64,000 nt of DNA from Alphaproteobacteria bacterium. Its GTDB lineage: Bacteria; Pseudomonadota; Alphaproteobacteria; RF32; CAG-239. Location of the stretch: assembly GCA_015062585.1 (NCBI GenBank), contig SUUJ01000002.1, positions 81,263 to 145,262 on the forward strand, given 5' to 3'. Position 1 is the first letter of the stretch, and the number at the start of each line of letters is the position of its first letter. A model generated the notes under the pieces. That model did not search any database. It was not told the DNA's origin and saw nothing but the letters and a program-made list of their open reading frames with translations. Both the position numbers and the translations under genes were made by a program. Positions 1 to 9,975 of this stretch are shown here, in pieces.

Positions 1-380
1 TCATCATTTTCATCATCTTCTTTTGCACTTTTTTCAACGGCTGTTGCGATAGAATATAATTCGTCGTTTTTTATAACATCTGCCACTACCGCCCAATTTA
101 GCGGCGATATAAAGGAATAGTCATTATTAGCGGTTATTTGTGGTATAAATCTCTTGATATCGGCAAGTCTGGCGCCTCGCAAACCTCGACCGGGAGAAAG
201 AAAAGATATAGCCTCTAAAATATTTGTTTTGCCCGAGCCGTTTTCACCATAAATAACAATAGGCGACATTTTTGCTTCTAGGCGTAAAGAAGCATAGTTT
301 CTAAAGTTAGTTAAAGTCAGGCGTTCGACACCTGACTTTAATTTTGTTAAATTAGCAAGATTATTAGCTAAATCACCCAT
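1..380 (-). CDS. recF: DNA replication/repair protein RecF, N-terminal part (gene continues past window start)
   Basis: Minus-strand translation from an ATG that overlaps the dnaN stop gives [69 protein letters not shown]. This contains the RecF Walker A motif GENGSGKTN and the LSPGRG motif. The dnaA-dnaN-recF order is conserved. No stop codon before position 1. Confidence 0.8.
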   Translation of the reverse strand, partial: MGDLANNLANLTKLKSGVERLTLTNFRNYASLRLEAKMSPIVIYGENGSGKTNILEAISFLSPGRGLRGARLADIKRFIPQITANNDYSFISPLNWAVVADVIKNDELYSIATAVEKSAKEDDEND

Positions 381-1498
381 TATATTCTCATCGGCATAAG
401 CACATAAATTGCGCTGTTGTCAGATGTGTCATGAATAACCGAAGGAGATGAAGCGTCAGCAAAAGAAATGCGTACGGCATCACCTTTTACTTCGGCCAAA
501 ATATCTAACAAGTAACGGAAATTATAGCCGATTTCCAAAGGTTGATGTTCGTATTTTGCTTCCAAATCTTCTGAAGCACTGCCCAAATCAGGACTTGAAG
601 TAACAATCGAAACCTTATTGGTGTTGGTCAGCATTTTAATTGCTCTTGTTCTTTCGGCAACAACCGAAACACGATCAACAGCAGCAGCCAATTCTTTAAC
701 ATTAAGCTCTAAAGATTTGTCATTATCTGTCGGAATAACTCTTTCATAATCAGGATATGTTCCGTCAATAAGTTTTGATGTCAAAGTAATATCTGTTACG
801 CAGAAGCGAACTTTGTTTTCAGATATTTCAACGGTAACATTTTCAATTGAGCTGTCATCCAATAATTTTCTGATTTCACCGACTGTTTTGCGAGGAATGA
901 TAACACCTTTAAGGTCTTCAGCACCTTTTGGCAGAGGTGTTTCAACACAAGCAAGTCTGTGACCGTCGGTTGCAACAATACGCAAAACTTCAGAAGAACC
1001 TTCTTTCTTGGCATGTACATACAAACCGTTTAAGTAATATCTGGTTTCTTCGGTCGAAACGGCAAATTGGGTGCGGTCGATAACATCTTTCAACTCATCC
1101 TTTGCCATAACGAAAGAAACAGGCAACTTGTCGCCGGAAATAACCGGAAAATCTTCAACAGGAATAGTAGATAACGAAAATTTAGAACGGCCGGAAGAAA
1201 TGCTTAACTGACCTTTGTCATCAGGATAAATCAATTCAACTTGGCTTCCGTCAGATAGCTTTCTGACAATGTCATACAACATATGCGCCGGAGCTGTGGT
1301 TGCACCTGCTTCAGTGATTTTTGCATCGGCAATTTCGGTAATTTCCGTATCCATATCGGTAGCCTTAAAGCTTATACCATCATCTAATGTTTCGATTCTG
1401 ACATTAGACAATACCGGAATGGTGTTTCTTTTTTCAACAATGCTCTGAACATGGCTCAGAGTTTTTAATAAATGTGCTCGCTCAATAGTAAATCTCAT
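380..1498 (-). CDS. dnaN: DNA polymerase III beta sliding clamp
   Basis: 372-aa [39 protein letters not shown]..., with the typical beta-clamp N-terminus and length. Lies immediately downstream of dnaA. Confidence 0.95.
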   Translation of the reverse strand: MRFTIERAHLLKTLSHVQSIVEKRNTIPVLSNVRIETLDDGISFKATDMDTEITEIADAKITEAGATTAPAHMLYDIVRKLSDGSQVELIYPDDKGQLSISSGRSKFSLSTIPVEDFPVISGDKLPVSFVMAKDELKDVIDRTQFAVSTEETRYYLNGLYVHAKKEGSSEVLRIVATDGHRLACVETPLPKGAEDLKGVIIPRKTVGEIRKLLDDSSIENVTVEISENKVRFCVTDITLTSKLIDGTYPDYERVIPTDNDKSLELNVKELAAAVDRVSVVAERTRAIKMLTNTNKVSIVTSSPDLGSASEDLEAKYEHQPLEIGYNFRYLLDILAEVKGDAVRISFADASSPSVIHDTSDNSAIYVLMPMRI

Positions 1499-1608
1499 AT
1501 TATTTTTCCAAAAAAACGACTTATTGTTAATATTGCTTCAAATGATAGCATATCGCGCTAAAATCAAAAGCTAAAACAATAAGTCGTCAACAGTTTTTTT
1601 AACGTAAT

Positions 1609-3054
1609 TTAAGCTTCGAGAGTTCTTCTTAAAGCATCAACATTTTCAGCCAAAGAAACATCTTCCATGATAAGTTCTTCAACCTTGCGAACAGCGTGCA
1701 TAACCGTTGTGTGATCGCGGTCAAATTTGCGTCCGATTTCCGGCAAAGAGCGAGAAGTAAGCTGTTTTGCCAAATACATAGCAATTTGACGCGGACGAGC
1801 AACAGTACGAGCTCTGCGAGAAGATTGCATTTCTTTAACCGAAATATTGAAGTGTTCGGCTACTTTCTTTTGAATTTCATCAATTGTTGTGCGTTTATCA
1901 AAAGAGCGTAGCATATCTTTTAATATGTCTTGAGTCATATCCAAAGTTATCTCGTGATTGCTCAAAAGTTGGGAATGAGCAATAACTCTGCGCAAAGCAC
2001 CTTCCAACTCTCTGATGTTAGAGGTAATCTTGGTGGCTAAAAATTCAGCAACCTTTGGAGGAAGTTCAAGACCTAATTGTTTTGCTTTGTTATTTAAGAT
2101 TCCGATTCTCAAATCAAAATCTGTCGGGTGAATATCAGCAACCAAACCGCAACCCAAACGCGATTTTAAGCGTGCTTCGATTCCTTCCAAATCAGCCGGT
2201 GATTTGTCGGCAGAAATAATGATTTGACGGCCTTCTTCTATCAAAGAATTGAATGTGTAGAAAAATTCTTCTTGAGTGGTATCTTTTCCGCCCATAAATT
2301 GAACATCATCAACCATCAAAACATCAACTGAACGGAATTGCTCCTTAAATGCGGTAGTATCTTTGTAACGGAGAGCTCTTACAAATTTGTACATAAATTT
2401 TTCGGCTGACAAATATACAATATTTCTTGAAGGGTCTTGCTGTTTAATATGCCAGGCGATAGCGTGCATAAGGTGGGTTTTGCCTAATCCTACGCCTGAA
2501 TACAGGAACAATGGATTAAATGATATATTGCGGGATTCGGCAACTTTACGAGCAGCTGCATAAGCAAATTCATTGGTCTTTCCGACAACAAAATTATCAA
2601 AAGTATATTGAGGATTCAACGGAACAGACAATGAATCACCCATCAAGCCTTCATTAGTATTGGCCACAACAGATTTTGCACCTGATTGGTAAATGTTTTG
2701 CGGCATCGGAGATGTGGTGATCTTTTTTAATAAAGAGCGACAAGTAGGGTTATATAAACCTTTGTTAATAGCTAAATCTTGACCGGCTTGGACTATGAAG
2801 TTGATGTTTTTTATAGAAGGGTTTTTCTTTTCCCAAATTTTGTGGATTCTATCGCTGTAATTTGTAATTACCCAGTTACGCATAAAGCGGGTCGGAACGC
2901 AAATATTCATTGTTCCTTCGTTAAACGATCCTATCGTTAAAGGCTTGAGCCAACTGTCAAAGGCGGTATCACCTACTTCTGCTTTAAGTTGCTCACAAAT
3001 CTGTCCCCATTGATCTTGGACAGAGGCTTCGTTAACCAATGCTTCTTCAGCCAT
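1609..3054 (-). CDS. dnaA: Chromosomal replication initiator DnaA
   Basis: 481 aa. AAA+ Walker A GVGLGKTHL, the sensor region, and a C-terminal DNA-binding helix (HTTVMHAVRKVEEL). Confidence 0.95.
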   Translation of the reverse strand: MAEEALVNEASVQDQWGQICEQLKAEVGDTAFDSWLKPLTIGSFNEGTMNICVPTRFMRNWVITNYSDRIHKIWEKKNPSIKNINFIVQAGQDLAINKGLYNPTCRSLLKKITTSPMPQNIYQSGAKSVVANTNEGLMGDSLSVPLNPQYTFDNFVVGKTNEFAYAAARKVAESRNISFNPLFLYSGVGLGKTHLMHAIAWHIKQQDPSRNIVYLSAEKFMYKFVRALRYKDTTAFKEQFRSVDVLMVDDVQFMGGKDTTQEEFFYTFNSLIEEGRQIIISADKSPADLEGIEARLKSRLGCGLVADIHPTDFDLRIGILNNKAKQLGLELPPKVAEFLATKITSNIRELEGALRRVIAHSQLLSNHEITLDMTQDILKDMLRSFDKRTTIDEIQKKVAEHFNISVKEMQSSRRARTVARPRQIAMYLAKQLTSRSLPEIGRKFDRDHTTVMHAVRKVEELIMEDVSLAENVDALRRTLEA

Positions 3055-3594
3055 TTCTACTCCCCAATTTATTCTTAAATAATTAAAACCTAAAGTCAGT
3101 AAATCTATATATTTATAAAGAATATGTTATTACCAAAACCAAACAGTATTTATCCGTTATAAAAATGCAATGTGTTGCAAAACCGACTACAATCAAAAAC
3201 AAACATTCCCCTTATTTGCTTATGGTTGTATTTTTGCAATATCATTCTGTCTGCAATCTTTAACGATATAAAATGTACTTCTTTACATAGCATATATAAA
3301 TATAAAACTGACAACTAATATAATAGACGCTACTGTCAATGCTTTTAGATTCTATCAAAGTTTTATTTAATCAAAAAACTCTCTAACAAAGTGATTTGGA
3401 TATTAGATGAAAAAAAAAGAAAAACAATAGAACTTTTATAGAACATTGCAATTAATTTTCTTGACAAGGGATTCTTTAGGAGTCGAACGGATTCTGCCGC
3501 TTTTAGACAAAAAGAGCGCAAACCCTACGACTCTAATTTACAATAAAATAGAGGTTGGTTTGCGCTTAATAAAAAAAGCTGATTAAAGAGTATA

Positions 3595-3855
3595 TTACAA
3601 AGCTTTAATCTTTTGAGAAAGGCGAGAAATTTTACGAGATGCTGTATTCATCTTGAAAACGCCTTTTCTTACGGCACGCATCAATTCTGATTCGGCTGTT
3701 CTAAAAGCTGTGTTTGCCAACTCTTTATCACCGGCAACAATAGCGGCTTCCACTTTCTTAACGAAAGTGCGAACGCGATTTCTGCGAGCTCCGTTAATAA
3801 CGGCTCTTTTGTTGTTTCTTACGATTCTGCTTTTTGCAGACTTATGATTGGCCAT
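3595..3855 (-). CDS. rpsT: 30S ribosomal protein S20
   Basis: 86 aa, [36 protein letters not shown]... Basic S20 signature. Confidence 0.9.
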   Translation of the reverse strand: MANHKSAKSRIVRNNKRAVINGARRNRVRTFVKKVEAAIVAGDKELANTAFRTAESELMRAVRKGVFKMNTASRKISRLSQKIKAL

Positions 3856-3979
3856 TTTTATTTTTCCATTTCAATTAAAAAAAGTTATTCCAATGTTTTA
3901 TAAATGTAATGCTTTATAGACTTGAACATCACCTAAAGTCAACAATAATTTTACTCAAAAGTCAGATTCTTTCGTTTTT

Positions 3980-4729
3980 TTATTTAAAATTATTCAAAAT
4001 ATTGGCAAATTCAGGCGTATTCATACTTAATCTGCAACTTTTAAGTTCTAATTCAAGGCCGTTTTGCAGGTTCATATTCTCTACCTGGCGCAAAGTTTCT
4101 TTTGCTTGAAGAACTGCTTGATAGGGCAACGAGGCGATTCTGTTTGCTATACGAACGGCTTCGGTATTTAAATCTTGTAATGGTACAACCCTGCTTATAA
4201 GACCGCAATAAGTTGCTTCTTCTGCGCTGATAGCTTTTCCGGTCAAAACAATATCCATAGTTTTTGCTTTACCGATTCTATGTATCAATCGGGAACAACC
4301 ACCAAAAGAAGGAATTGTTCCGATAGACAATTCCGGATATCCGAATTGAGCCGATTCTGCTGCTAAAATAATATCTCCGGCCAAAGCTAAGTCACAACCA
4401 AGTCCCAAAGCATAACCCGAAACAGCAACAATAATCGGTTTAGAACAATGTACGATTTTATTAAATTCGTCTTGCCAAGCTTTTAAGGCCAAGCTTTGTT
4501 GATTAACCTCACAACTTAGGTCTTTCATATCGATTCCGGCAGCAAAAACTTCGTCACTTCCCTTTATAATAATGCATCTTATCTCATCATTATAATCCCA
4601 ATCCTGAATTTGGTATGCTATTTCATTCAGCATTTCCAAATTTACGGCATTCATTTCGTTTGGTCTGTTTAAGGTAATCGTACCGATATATTCATCAACA
4701 TTTGTCAAAATAGTGTTGTTTCCATCCAT
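3980..4729 (-). CDS. Enoyl-CoA hydratase/isomerase (crotonase) family protein
   Basis: 249 aa with crotonase-fold motifs: the AAGIDMKDL oxyanion region and GYALGLGCDLALAGDIILAAESAQFGYPE. Confidence 0.8.
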   Translation of the reverse strand: MDGNNTILTNVDEYIGTITLNRPNEMNAVNLEMLNEIAYQIQDWDYNDEIRCIIIKGSDEVFAAGIDMKDLSCEVNQQSLALKAWQDEFNKIVHCSKPIIVAVSGYALGLGCDLALAGDIILAAESAQFGYPELSIGTIPSFGGCSRLIHRIGKAKTMDIVLTGKAISAEEATYCGLISRVVPLQDLNTEAVRIANRIASLPYQAVLQAKETLRQVENMNLQNGLELELKSCRLSMNTPEFANILNNFK

Positions 4730-4739
4730 GGCTTTTTCC

Positions 4740-5108
4740 TTATTGAGCTTTGCTTTTTACTACAAGTCTTAAAATCAACGGTTTTTTCGATTCTTCAGAT
4801 ATTTCCAGAGTTTCTCCATCGCGTTCAAACAATATTGTTTGTTCTGTTCTTTTTTTTCTCACCCAACCCATTTGCGGCAAAGTGTCTTCATAAAACTTTT
4901 TTATTTCCTTAAAGCTTTTCTTTTCTGAAGAAAAATAAGTTTCAAACAATCTAATTTCTTCATTGCCGAAGCTCAAAGATCCGTTTTCTATTTGAGCTAC
5001 ACCGTCAGGAAGAGGCATATCTTCCAATCCTTCAACGAATACGGCTTTTGCCTGAGTATAAACAAATAATGTCATAACAAAAAATAAAACAAATAAACTT
5101 TTTTTCAT
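4740..5108 (-). CDS. Secreted hypothetical protein
   Basis: 122 aa with an N-terminal signal peptide (MKKSLFVLFFVMTLFVYTQAKA). Its start overlaps the fpg stop by 4 nt (ATGA). Confidence 0.5.
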   Translation of the reverse strand: MKKSLFVLFFVMTLFVYTQAKAVFVEGLEDMPLPDGVAQIENGSLSFGNEEIRLFETYFSSEKKSFKEIKKFYEDTLPQMGWVRKKRTEQTILFERDGETLEISEESKKPLILRLVVKSKAQ

Positions 5109-5944
5109 TTTTGTAAGCTTTCACAATAAAAGGTCGATCTACCGGCAATGTTGATTGATTTGATTCCGCCGGTTGTTTTTATATCACATGTACAATGAGG
5201 ACATTTTTGCCCTGTTTTATTATAAACGCAATGCATATTTTGAAAATACCCAAGGCTTCCGTCCGGTTTTTTATAATCTCGTAGTGTCGAACCTCCGGCA
5301 TCAATAGCTTTTTGCAATACTTTTTTTGTATTTTCTATTATCAGGTTACATTCATCTAAAGTGATTTTATCGCAGGTCCTTGTCGGTAATATTCTGGATT
5401 CGTATAATATTTCCGAAGCATAAATGTTTCCGATTCCCGCGATTATGGTTTGATCCAAAAGAGCTGCTTTTATAAGCGTAGATTTTTTCTTTTGCAAATT
5501 ATTATAAAGATATTTTGCATCAATGACTTTGCTGAAAGGGTCGATTCCCACATTTTTGAGATATTTGTTTTTGCTGATTTCATCTTTTTTACAATATGTA
5601 AAAAGTCCGAAGCGACGCGGGTCATTATAGGTTAAAAAACCGTTAGATGTTTTAATAATTATGTGGTCGTGCTTATCAATAGCATTGATTTCGTCCGAAA
5701 TTTTTACTTTTCCGCTCATTCCCATATGCCAAATAATACAAAAATCATTGTCTAAATGAATGACAATATATTTTGCAATCCGTTCATAATTGATAATTTT
5801 AGCATTTTTTACGATGTGCTCCATGTCATCGGGGATTAAATCTCTTAATCTTCGATTCCTTATTTCTATATCCAAAATTTTGGCACATCCTATGCCTTTT
5901 TTAATAGCATTTTTTATAGTTTCGACTTCAGGTAATTCAGGCAT
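5105..5944 (-). CDS. mutM: Formamidopyrimidine-DNA glycosylase (Fpg/MutM)
   Basis: The internal Met gives the canonical MPELPEVETI N-terminus (catalytic Pro2, Glu3). C-terminal zinc finger CPHCTCDIKTTGGIKSINIAGRSTFYC. The upstream 23 codons of ORF 5105..6013 are probably not translated. Confidence 0.85.
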   Translation of the reverse strand: MPELPEVETIKNAIKKGIGCAKILDIEIRNRRLRDLIPDDMEHIVKNAKIINYERIAKYIVIHLDNDFCIIWHMGMSGKVKISDEINAIDKHDHIIIKTSNGFLTYNDPRRFGLFTYCKKDEISKNKYLKNVGIDPFSKVIDAKYLYNNLQKKKSTLIKAALLDQTIIAGIGNIYASEILYESRILPTRTCDKITLDECNLIIENTKKVLQKAIDAGGSTLRDYKKPDGSLGYFQNMHCVYNKTGQKCPHCTCDIKTTGGIKSINIAGRSTFYCESLQK

Positions 5945-6110
5945 GGCATCTTTCGTTGTTAAAAGAGGATTTATTAAAAAAAAGTATAATTGTTTTTTAC
6001 TTGAAAACAACACCTAAATTATTTGTTTTATCTAAAAATTAAAAAAACTTGCACTAATTTGTTTAATGCGTTAATTTGCTAAGAATTGTTGTTTATATGA
6101 ATAAGAAAAA

Positions 6111-6647
6111 ATGATTAGAAAAACGCGTCGTCAAAGTAAATATTTTGCCCCACAGAATGAAAACACCAAGCATATCTGTGATCATCCCGGATGCAACAAA
6201 TCCGGTGAATATCGCGCGCCCAAAGACAGGAAGTTGAAAGAATACTATTGGTTTTGCTTAGAGCATGTTCAAGAGTATAATGCCAAATGGAATTATTACG
6301 GTGACGATTCCTTTGTCGAAGAAGAGGATGTTTTCCGCCAAAAATTCAAGTTTTCATCTCATGTTAAATATAATTTCGGCTTTGATTTAAACGGAGATTA
6401 TGACTTTTTTAATAAATATTCTTACTCAAGCGCTAACGAGCATATTCGTCTTTCTGCAGACGAGCGCGAGGGCTTAAAACTTATGGAATTGTCATACGAT
6501 AATCTAAGTGCCGATTCTTTGAAAAAAGCGTATAAAATTGCCGTAAAAAAATATCATCCCGATTTGAACAAAGCAGATAAAACTTTGGAAGAAAAATTTA
6601 AGATTGTCAGCACATCGTACAAATCTTTATTAAGCAAACTGTCTTAG
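6111..6647 (+). CDS. J-domain protein with N-terminal Cys/His zinc-ribbon-like region
   Basis: C-terminal J domain ([19 protein letters not shown]) and N-terminal CDHPGC...FCLEH. Confidence 0.7.
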   Translation: MIRKTRRQSKYFAPQNENTKHICDHPGCNKSGEYRAPKDRKLKEYYWFCLEHVQEYNAKWNYYGDDSFVEEEDVFRQKFKFSSHVKYNFGFDLNGDYDFFNKYSYSSANEHIRLSADEREGLKLMELSYDNLSADSLKKAYKIAVKKYHPDLNKADKTLEEKFKIVSTSYKSLLSKLS

Positions 6648-7483
6648 CGTTGTTTGGCTCTGTCAAGATTCTTTTCTAACTGTTTAAGCCTTTCTTTTTT
6701 CAGCTTTTTGTCTTTTTCTTTATCAATATTGCGATTGTCTTTTCTTCCTGATTTTTCCAGAATGAGTTTAGCCGCTTTTTTATTGCTTTTTTCTTTTCCG
6801 ATATCAGCTATATCTTTAGCGTTCATTTTTTCCGATAAAGAGTTTAAGTCGCCTTCTGTATTAAGAATACCTGACTTTTTCATCTTTTCCAGACCGGTTA
6901 TCAGATTTTGAGCTTCTTTTGAAGAAAGATTCTCAGTTTTAAGTTTTGTCTGTGAAGCAATATTTTCCAATAAGCTGTTTTCAAAAGTTCTGGCATCAAA
7001 AGAAACATCCATGGTCTTTTGCGCAACAACCTTTTTGCTTATTTCTTTCAGTCCAAGCTCTTTTGAGCGTTGGTTTGCTTGCAAGATACCGGCAACCTTT
7101 CCGGCAGTTTCTTGCATTTTGAGATTCTCTATACTTTTATTTGCGTTTAATCTTGTTTTTTCTTCATCGCTTAGCGCGTTAAATAAAGAATTACCCATTT
7201 CATCAAAAGAAAAATCAAAGATTACAGAAGTTTTTCCGTCTTCCTCGTCTTCATCATCATCGTCATAAACATCTCTGATTTTACTTTTAATTTTTTTCAA
7301 ATTTGGAGTTATTTTAGTAATGCTTTTGGTAACTTTTTTGCTGTTTTTATCAGAGTCGGCAGCAACCATGGCTTTTTTTTGATCAAGCCTTCGAGATATG
7401 CGGGTATTTTTCGAAAAACCTTTTCCGATTCCCCAATCTATATTTGAGCTACTATCTTCTTCGTTCATAGTTTTTCCAAACAT
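6644..7483 (-). CDS. Hypothetical highly charged (Lys/Asp/Glu-rich) protein
   Basis: 279-aa ORF, low complexity, with an acidic DDDDEDEEDG stretch. Convergent with the J-domain gene. No recognised domain. Confidence 0.45.
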   Translation of the reverse strand: MFGKTMNEEDSSSNIDWGIGKGFSKNTRISRRLDQKKAMVAADSDKNSKKVTKSITKITPNLKKIKSKIRDVYDDDDEDEEDGKTSVIFDFSFDEMGNSLFNALSDEEKTRLNANKSIENLKMQETAGKVAGILQANQRSKELGLKEISKKVVAQKTMDVSFDARTFENSLLENIASQTKLKTENLSSKEAQNLITGLEKMKKSGILNTEGDLNSLSEKMNAKDIADIGKEKSNKKAAKLILEKSGRKDNRNIDKEKDKKLKKERLKQLEKNLDRAKQR

Positions 7484-7525
7484 TAGCTATCACTATTTAT
7501 AGGTATTGTTACATAAATTTATATT

Positions 7526-9217
7526 TTAATCAATGCTTTTATATACAATAAGAAGCGCACCATCCGACAGGTTTTTTACGGATACTTGTATTTTTTTATC
7601 ATCCAACCGCTTCAAAGTTATAGTTTTGGAAGTGCGATTAAGCATATTAGCACTAATGCCTTTCTTTACTTTTTCCCATTCATCTTTATTGGCAAAAAAT
7701 TGTTGTTGGCTATCCAAAATCTCTTCAAAAGTAGGTTCTCCGGCTAAGAAAACTTTGTCAGCATCCCACATTTTTATATAAGCATCATTATAAAAACTTA
7801 AACGACTGTTTGCGCCGAATATAAGGACTCCGTCAAAAATACCGGTTAAAATTTCATTTTGTACGGACATCAAGGCATTGTAGGCCGATGTTGTCGCAAT
7901 TCTGTCGGTAATATCTTCAAAAGCAAAAACTACGCCGCCCATCGGATACGGAGCCTGCATTCTGCGAAAAGTTTTACCGTTTGGCAAATGCATCAAATCG
8001 CTCACCGGTTCAATAATTTGCAAAAATTTCTTTTGTTCATCTTTTTTATAAGCTTTATAATCAGGAACCTCGGGCAGCATTCTATTTTCTCTGATATAAT
8101 CTAAAAAGCTCAAATAAGTTTGCGGAGCATTAAGCCAAGCGGAATCAAGTTTCCACAAGGTAGTAAACGCCTGGTTGTTAAATTGAAGACTCATGTCCTG
8201 ATTAAATACGGCAAAAGCCGTTCCCAAGGCTTGTAAAATTTCTAATTGAGCTTCTTGGTGCTGTTTTAAATTTCGTTTTAACTCGTCCAGTTCGTTTATG
8301 TTAATAAGGCAACCGGCACTATAAGTTTTTTCCAAATTTTGTTCAGGATAAAAGGGTGTTTCATAAGCTTCCATTGCAACTCGCGAACCTTTTATTACAA
8401 CACCGACCTTTGTTTTTGAGCCTCGTTTGCTTTTATGAACACCGGCTGCCAAGTTTCTGGATACGCTTTCACCGCTTGTTCCGGTAATTTCCAAGTGCTC
8501 TTCAATAATATTATTTCGGTTTTTATCAGGAATAAATTCTACAAATTTTTTATTACAATATGATATATCAAGATTTTCATCTCTGAGCCACACGGCAAAA
8601 GGCAGATTATCTAAAATATCTTGTTGCAACAGGTGTTTTTTCTCAGTGTCGGATAATTCTTTTTCCAAAGTTTTTATGCGGTTTGTCGCAAAACTGACAT
8701 CTCTAAACCATATCATATCGCAATAAATATTGCCGTCAGCACCGTTAATTCGGTTTCCTTCCAATCTGATGTATTTGTTTGAAGATTTTAGTAAAAAGTA
8801 ATCTTCAAAGGCAACACCTTCTTCTTTTAACAGTCCGACATATTTTAATATTTTTTTTGCATCATCTTTGTAAAAGCTTTTCAAAACTTCGTTAAAGTCT
8901 GATTTTACACCTTTTTCCAAACCCAAAATAACAGCCAATCGACGAGAGCATCTTTCGGTAATATATTTTCTCGGGTCATTAACTTTTTCATCAGGATAAA
9001 TAAAGGCAAAATATCCGTCATGCGAGGCGTACAATGTTTCGGCATAACGCTCTCTGTCACGGCGCAAGAAATAATTTTTTTGCTTTAGTTTCAAAAAGAA
9101 GAAAAACAACAAAAACAAAGAACATATTAAAAAAACAACGATTCCGGCGATGAGGTACCAAAGCTCCGGAGCTGCGTAAAACATATTCAAAAGTAATTCT
9201 TTATCCATTTTGCCCAA
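7526..9217 (-). CDS. Membrane-anchored PAS-domain protein (no recognisable kinase or output domain)
   Basis: 563 aa, with one N-terminal TM helix (LWYLIAGIVVFLICSLFLLFFFFL) followed by PAS-like repeats. No HisKA/HATPase or GGDEF/EAL motifs seen. Confidence 0.55.
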   Translation of the reverse strand: MGKMDKELLLNMFYAAPELWYLIAGIVVFLICSLFLLFFFFLKLKQKNYFLRRDRERYAETLYASHDGYFAFIYPDEKVNDPRKYITERCSRRLAVILGLEKGVKSDFNEVLKSFYKDDAKKILKYVGLLKEEGVAFEDYFLLKSSNKYIRLEGNRINGADGNIYCDMIWFRDVSFATNRIKTLEKELSDTEKKHLLQQDILDNLPFAVWLRDENLDISYCNKKFVEFIPDKNRNNIIEEHLEITGTSGESVSRNLAAGVHKSKRGSKTKVGVVIKGSRVAMEAYETPFYPEQNLEKTYSAGCLININELDELKRNLKQHQEAQLEILQALGTAFAVFNQDMSLQFNNQAFTTLWKLDSAWLNAPQTYLSFLDYIRENRMLPEVPDYKAYKKDEQKKFLQIIEPVSDLMHLPNGKTFRRMQAPYPMGGVVFAFEDITDRIATTSAYNALMSVQNEILTGIFDGVLIFGANSRLSFYNDAYIKMWDADKVFLAGEPTFEEILDSQQQFFANKDEWEKVKKGISANMLNRTSKTITLKRLDDKKIQVSVKNLSDGALLIVYKSID

Positions 9218-9286
9218 CTTTGAAAGAAAATAATTGTTTGTTAACTGATTTTATTATATAAAAAAGATTATTAAAACTTAAAATTT

Positions 9287-9970
9287 ATGGCAAGTGGAAA
9301 AATGTACAACCTTACTTTTGATACAACAGGATCGTCTTGTAGTATAGTTTTAAAAAAAGATGACGAAATTATAGATATTTTTGAAAAATCTATGGATTTC
9401 GGACAGTCTGAAGAGTTGATGATCCAAATCAAAAATATTTTGCAAAACAATAGCTTGGGCTTTGCTGATATAGGAGCTTTGTTTGTGTGTGTAGGCCCCG
9501 GATCATTTACCGGCGTGCGCTCATCTATTTCGGCAGCCAGAGTATTCAGTATAGCTTGCCCTGATTTGAAAGTAGGCGGAGTTTCAGCTTTTGATGCCTA
9601 TATAAACACTATGACAACAGATGAAACCGCAGATATAAATGCGGTAATTATTGAAACTCGTCGCGATGACTTTTATATTCAAATTTTTGATAAAAACTTA
9701 AACAAAATAAGTGAGCCTTGCGCTCTAGACAGAGTTGCAATCATAGAAAAGTTAAAAAATTTCGGTTGTGCTGTTTCAATGGTTGGTGACGGTGTTGAAC
9801 GATTTTTATCATTACCTAGCGGTCTTTGCTTAAAAAGCATCAAAATACTGGATTGTTTGCCTGTAAAAGTGTTGGCGCAAACCGGCCTAAAACAGCTTAA
9901 AGATAAAAAGATAAACTATCCTAAGCCACTGTATTTAAGAGCTCCGGATGTATCAATACCAAAATCTTAA
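9287..9970 (+). CDS. tsaB: tRNA threonylcarbamoyladenosine biosynthesis protein TsaB (YeaZ family)
   Basis: Kae1/YgjD-like fold lacking metal ligands. GPGSFTGVRSSISAARVFS motif. Confidence 0.8.
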   Translation: MASGKMYNLTFDTTGSSCSIVLKKDDEIIDIFEKSMDFGQSEELMIQIKNILQNNSLGFADIGALFVCVGPGSFTGVRSSISAARVFSIACPDLKVGGVSAFDAYINTMTTDETADINAVIIETRRDDFYIQIFDKNLNKISEPCALDRVAIIEKLKNFGCAVSMVGDGVERFLSLPSGLCLKSIKILDCLPVKVLAQTGLKQLKDKKINYPKPLYLRAPDVSIPKS

Positions 9971-9975
9971 AAATC

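Noticed and set aside
3470-3545. tRNA-like fragment (GGAGTCGAACGGATTC resembling a T-arm) downstream of rpsT.
   Set aside because: No cloverleaf can be completed (no acceptor/anticodon arms). More plausibly part of an rpsT terminator-like hairpin (GCGCAAACC...GGTTTGCGC followed by a T-run on the minus strand).
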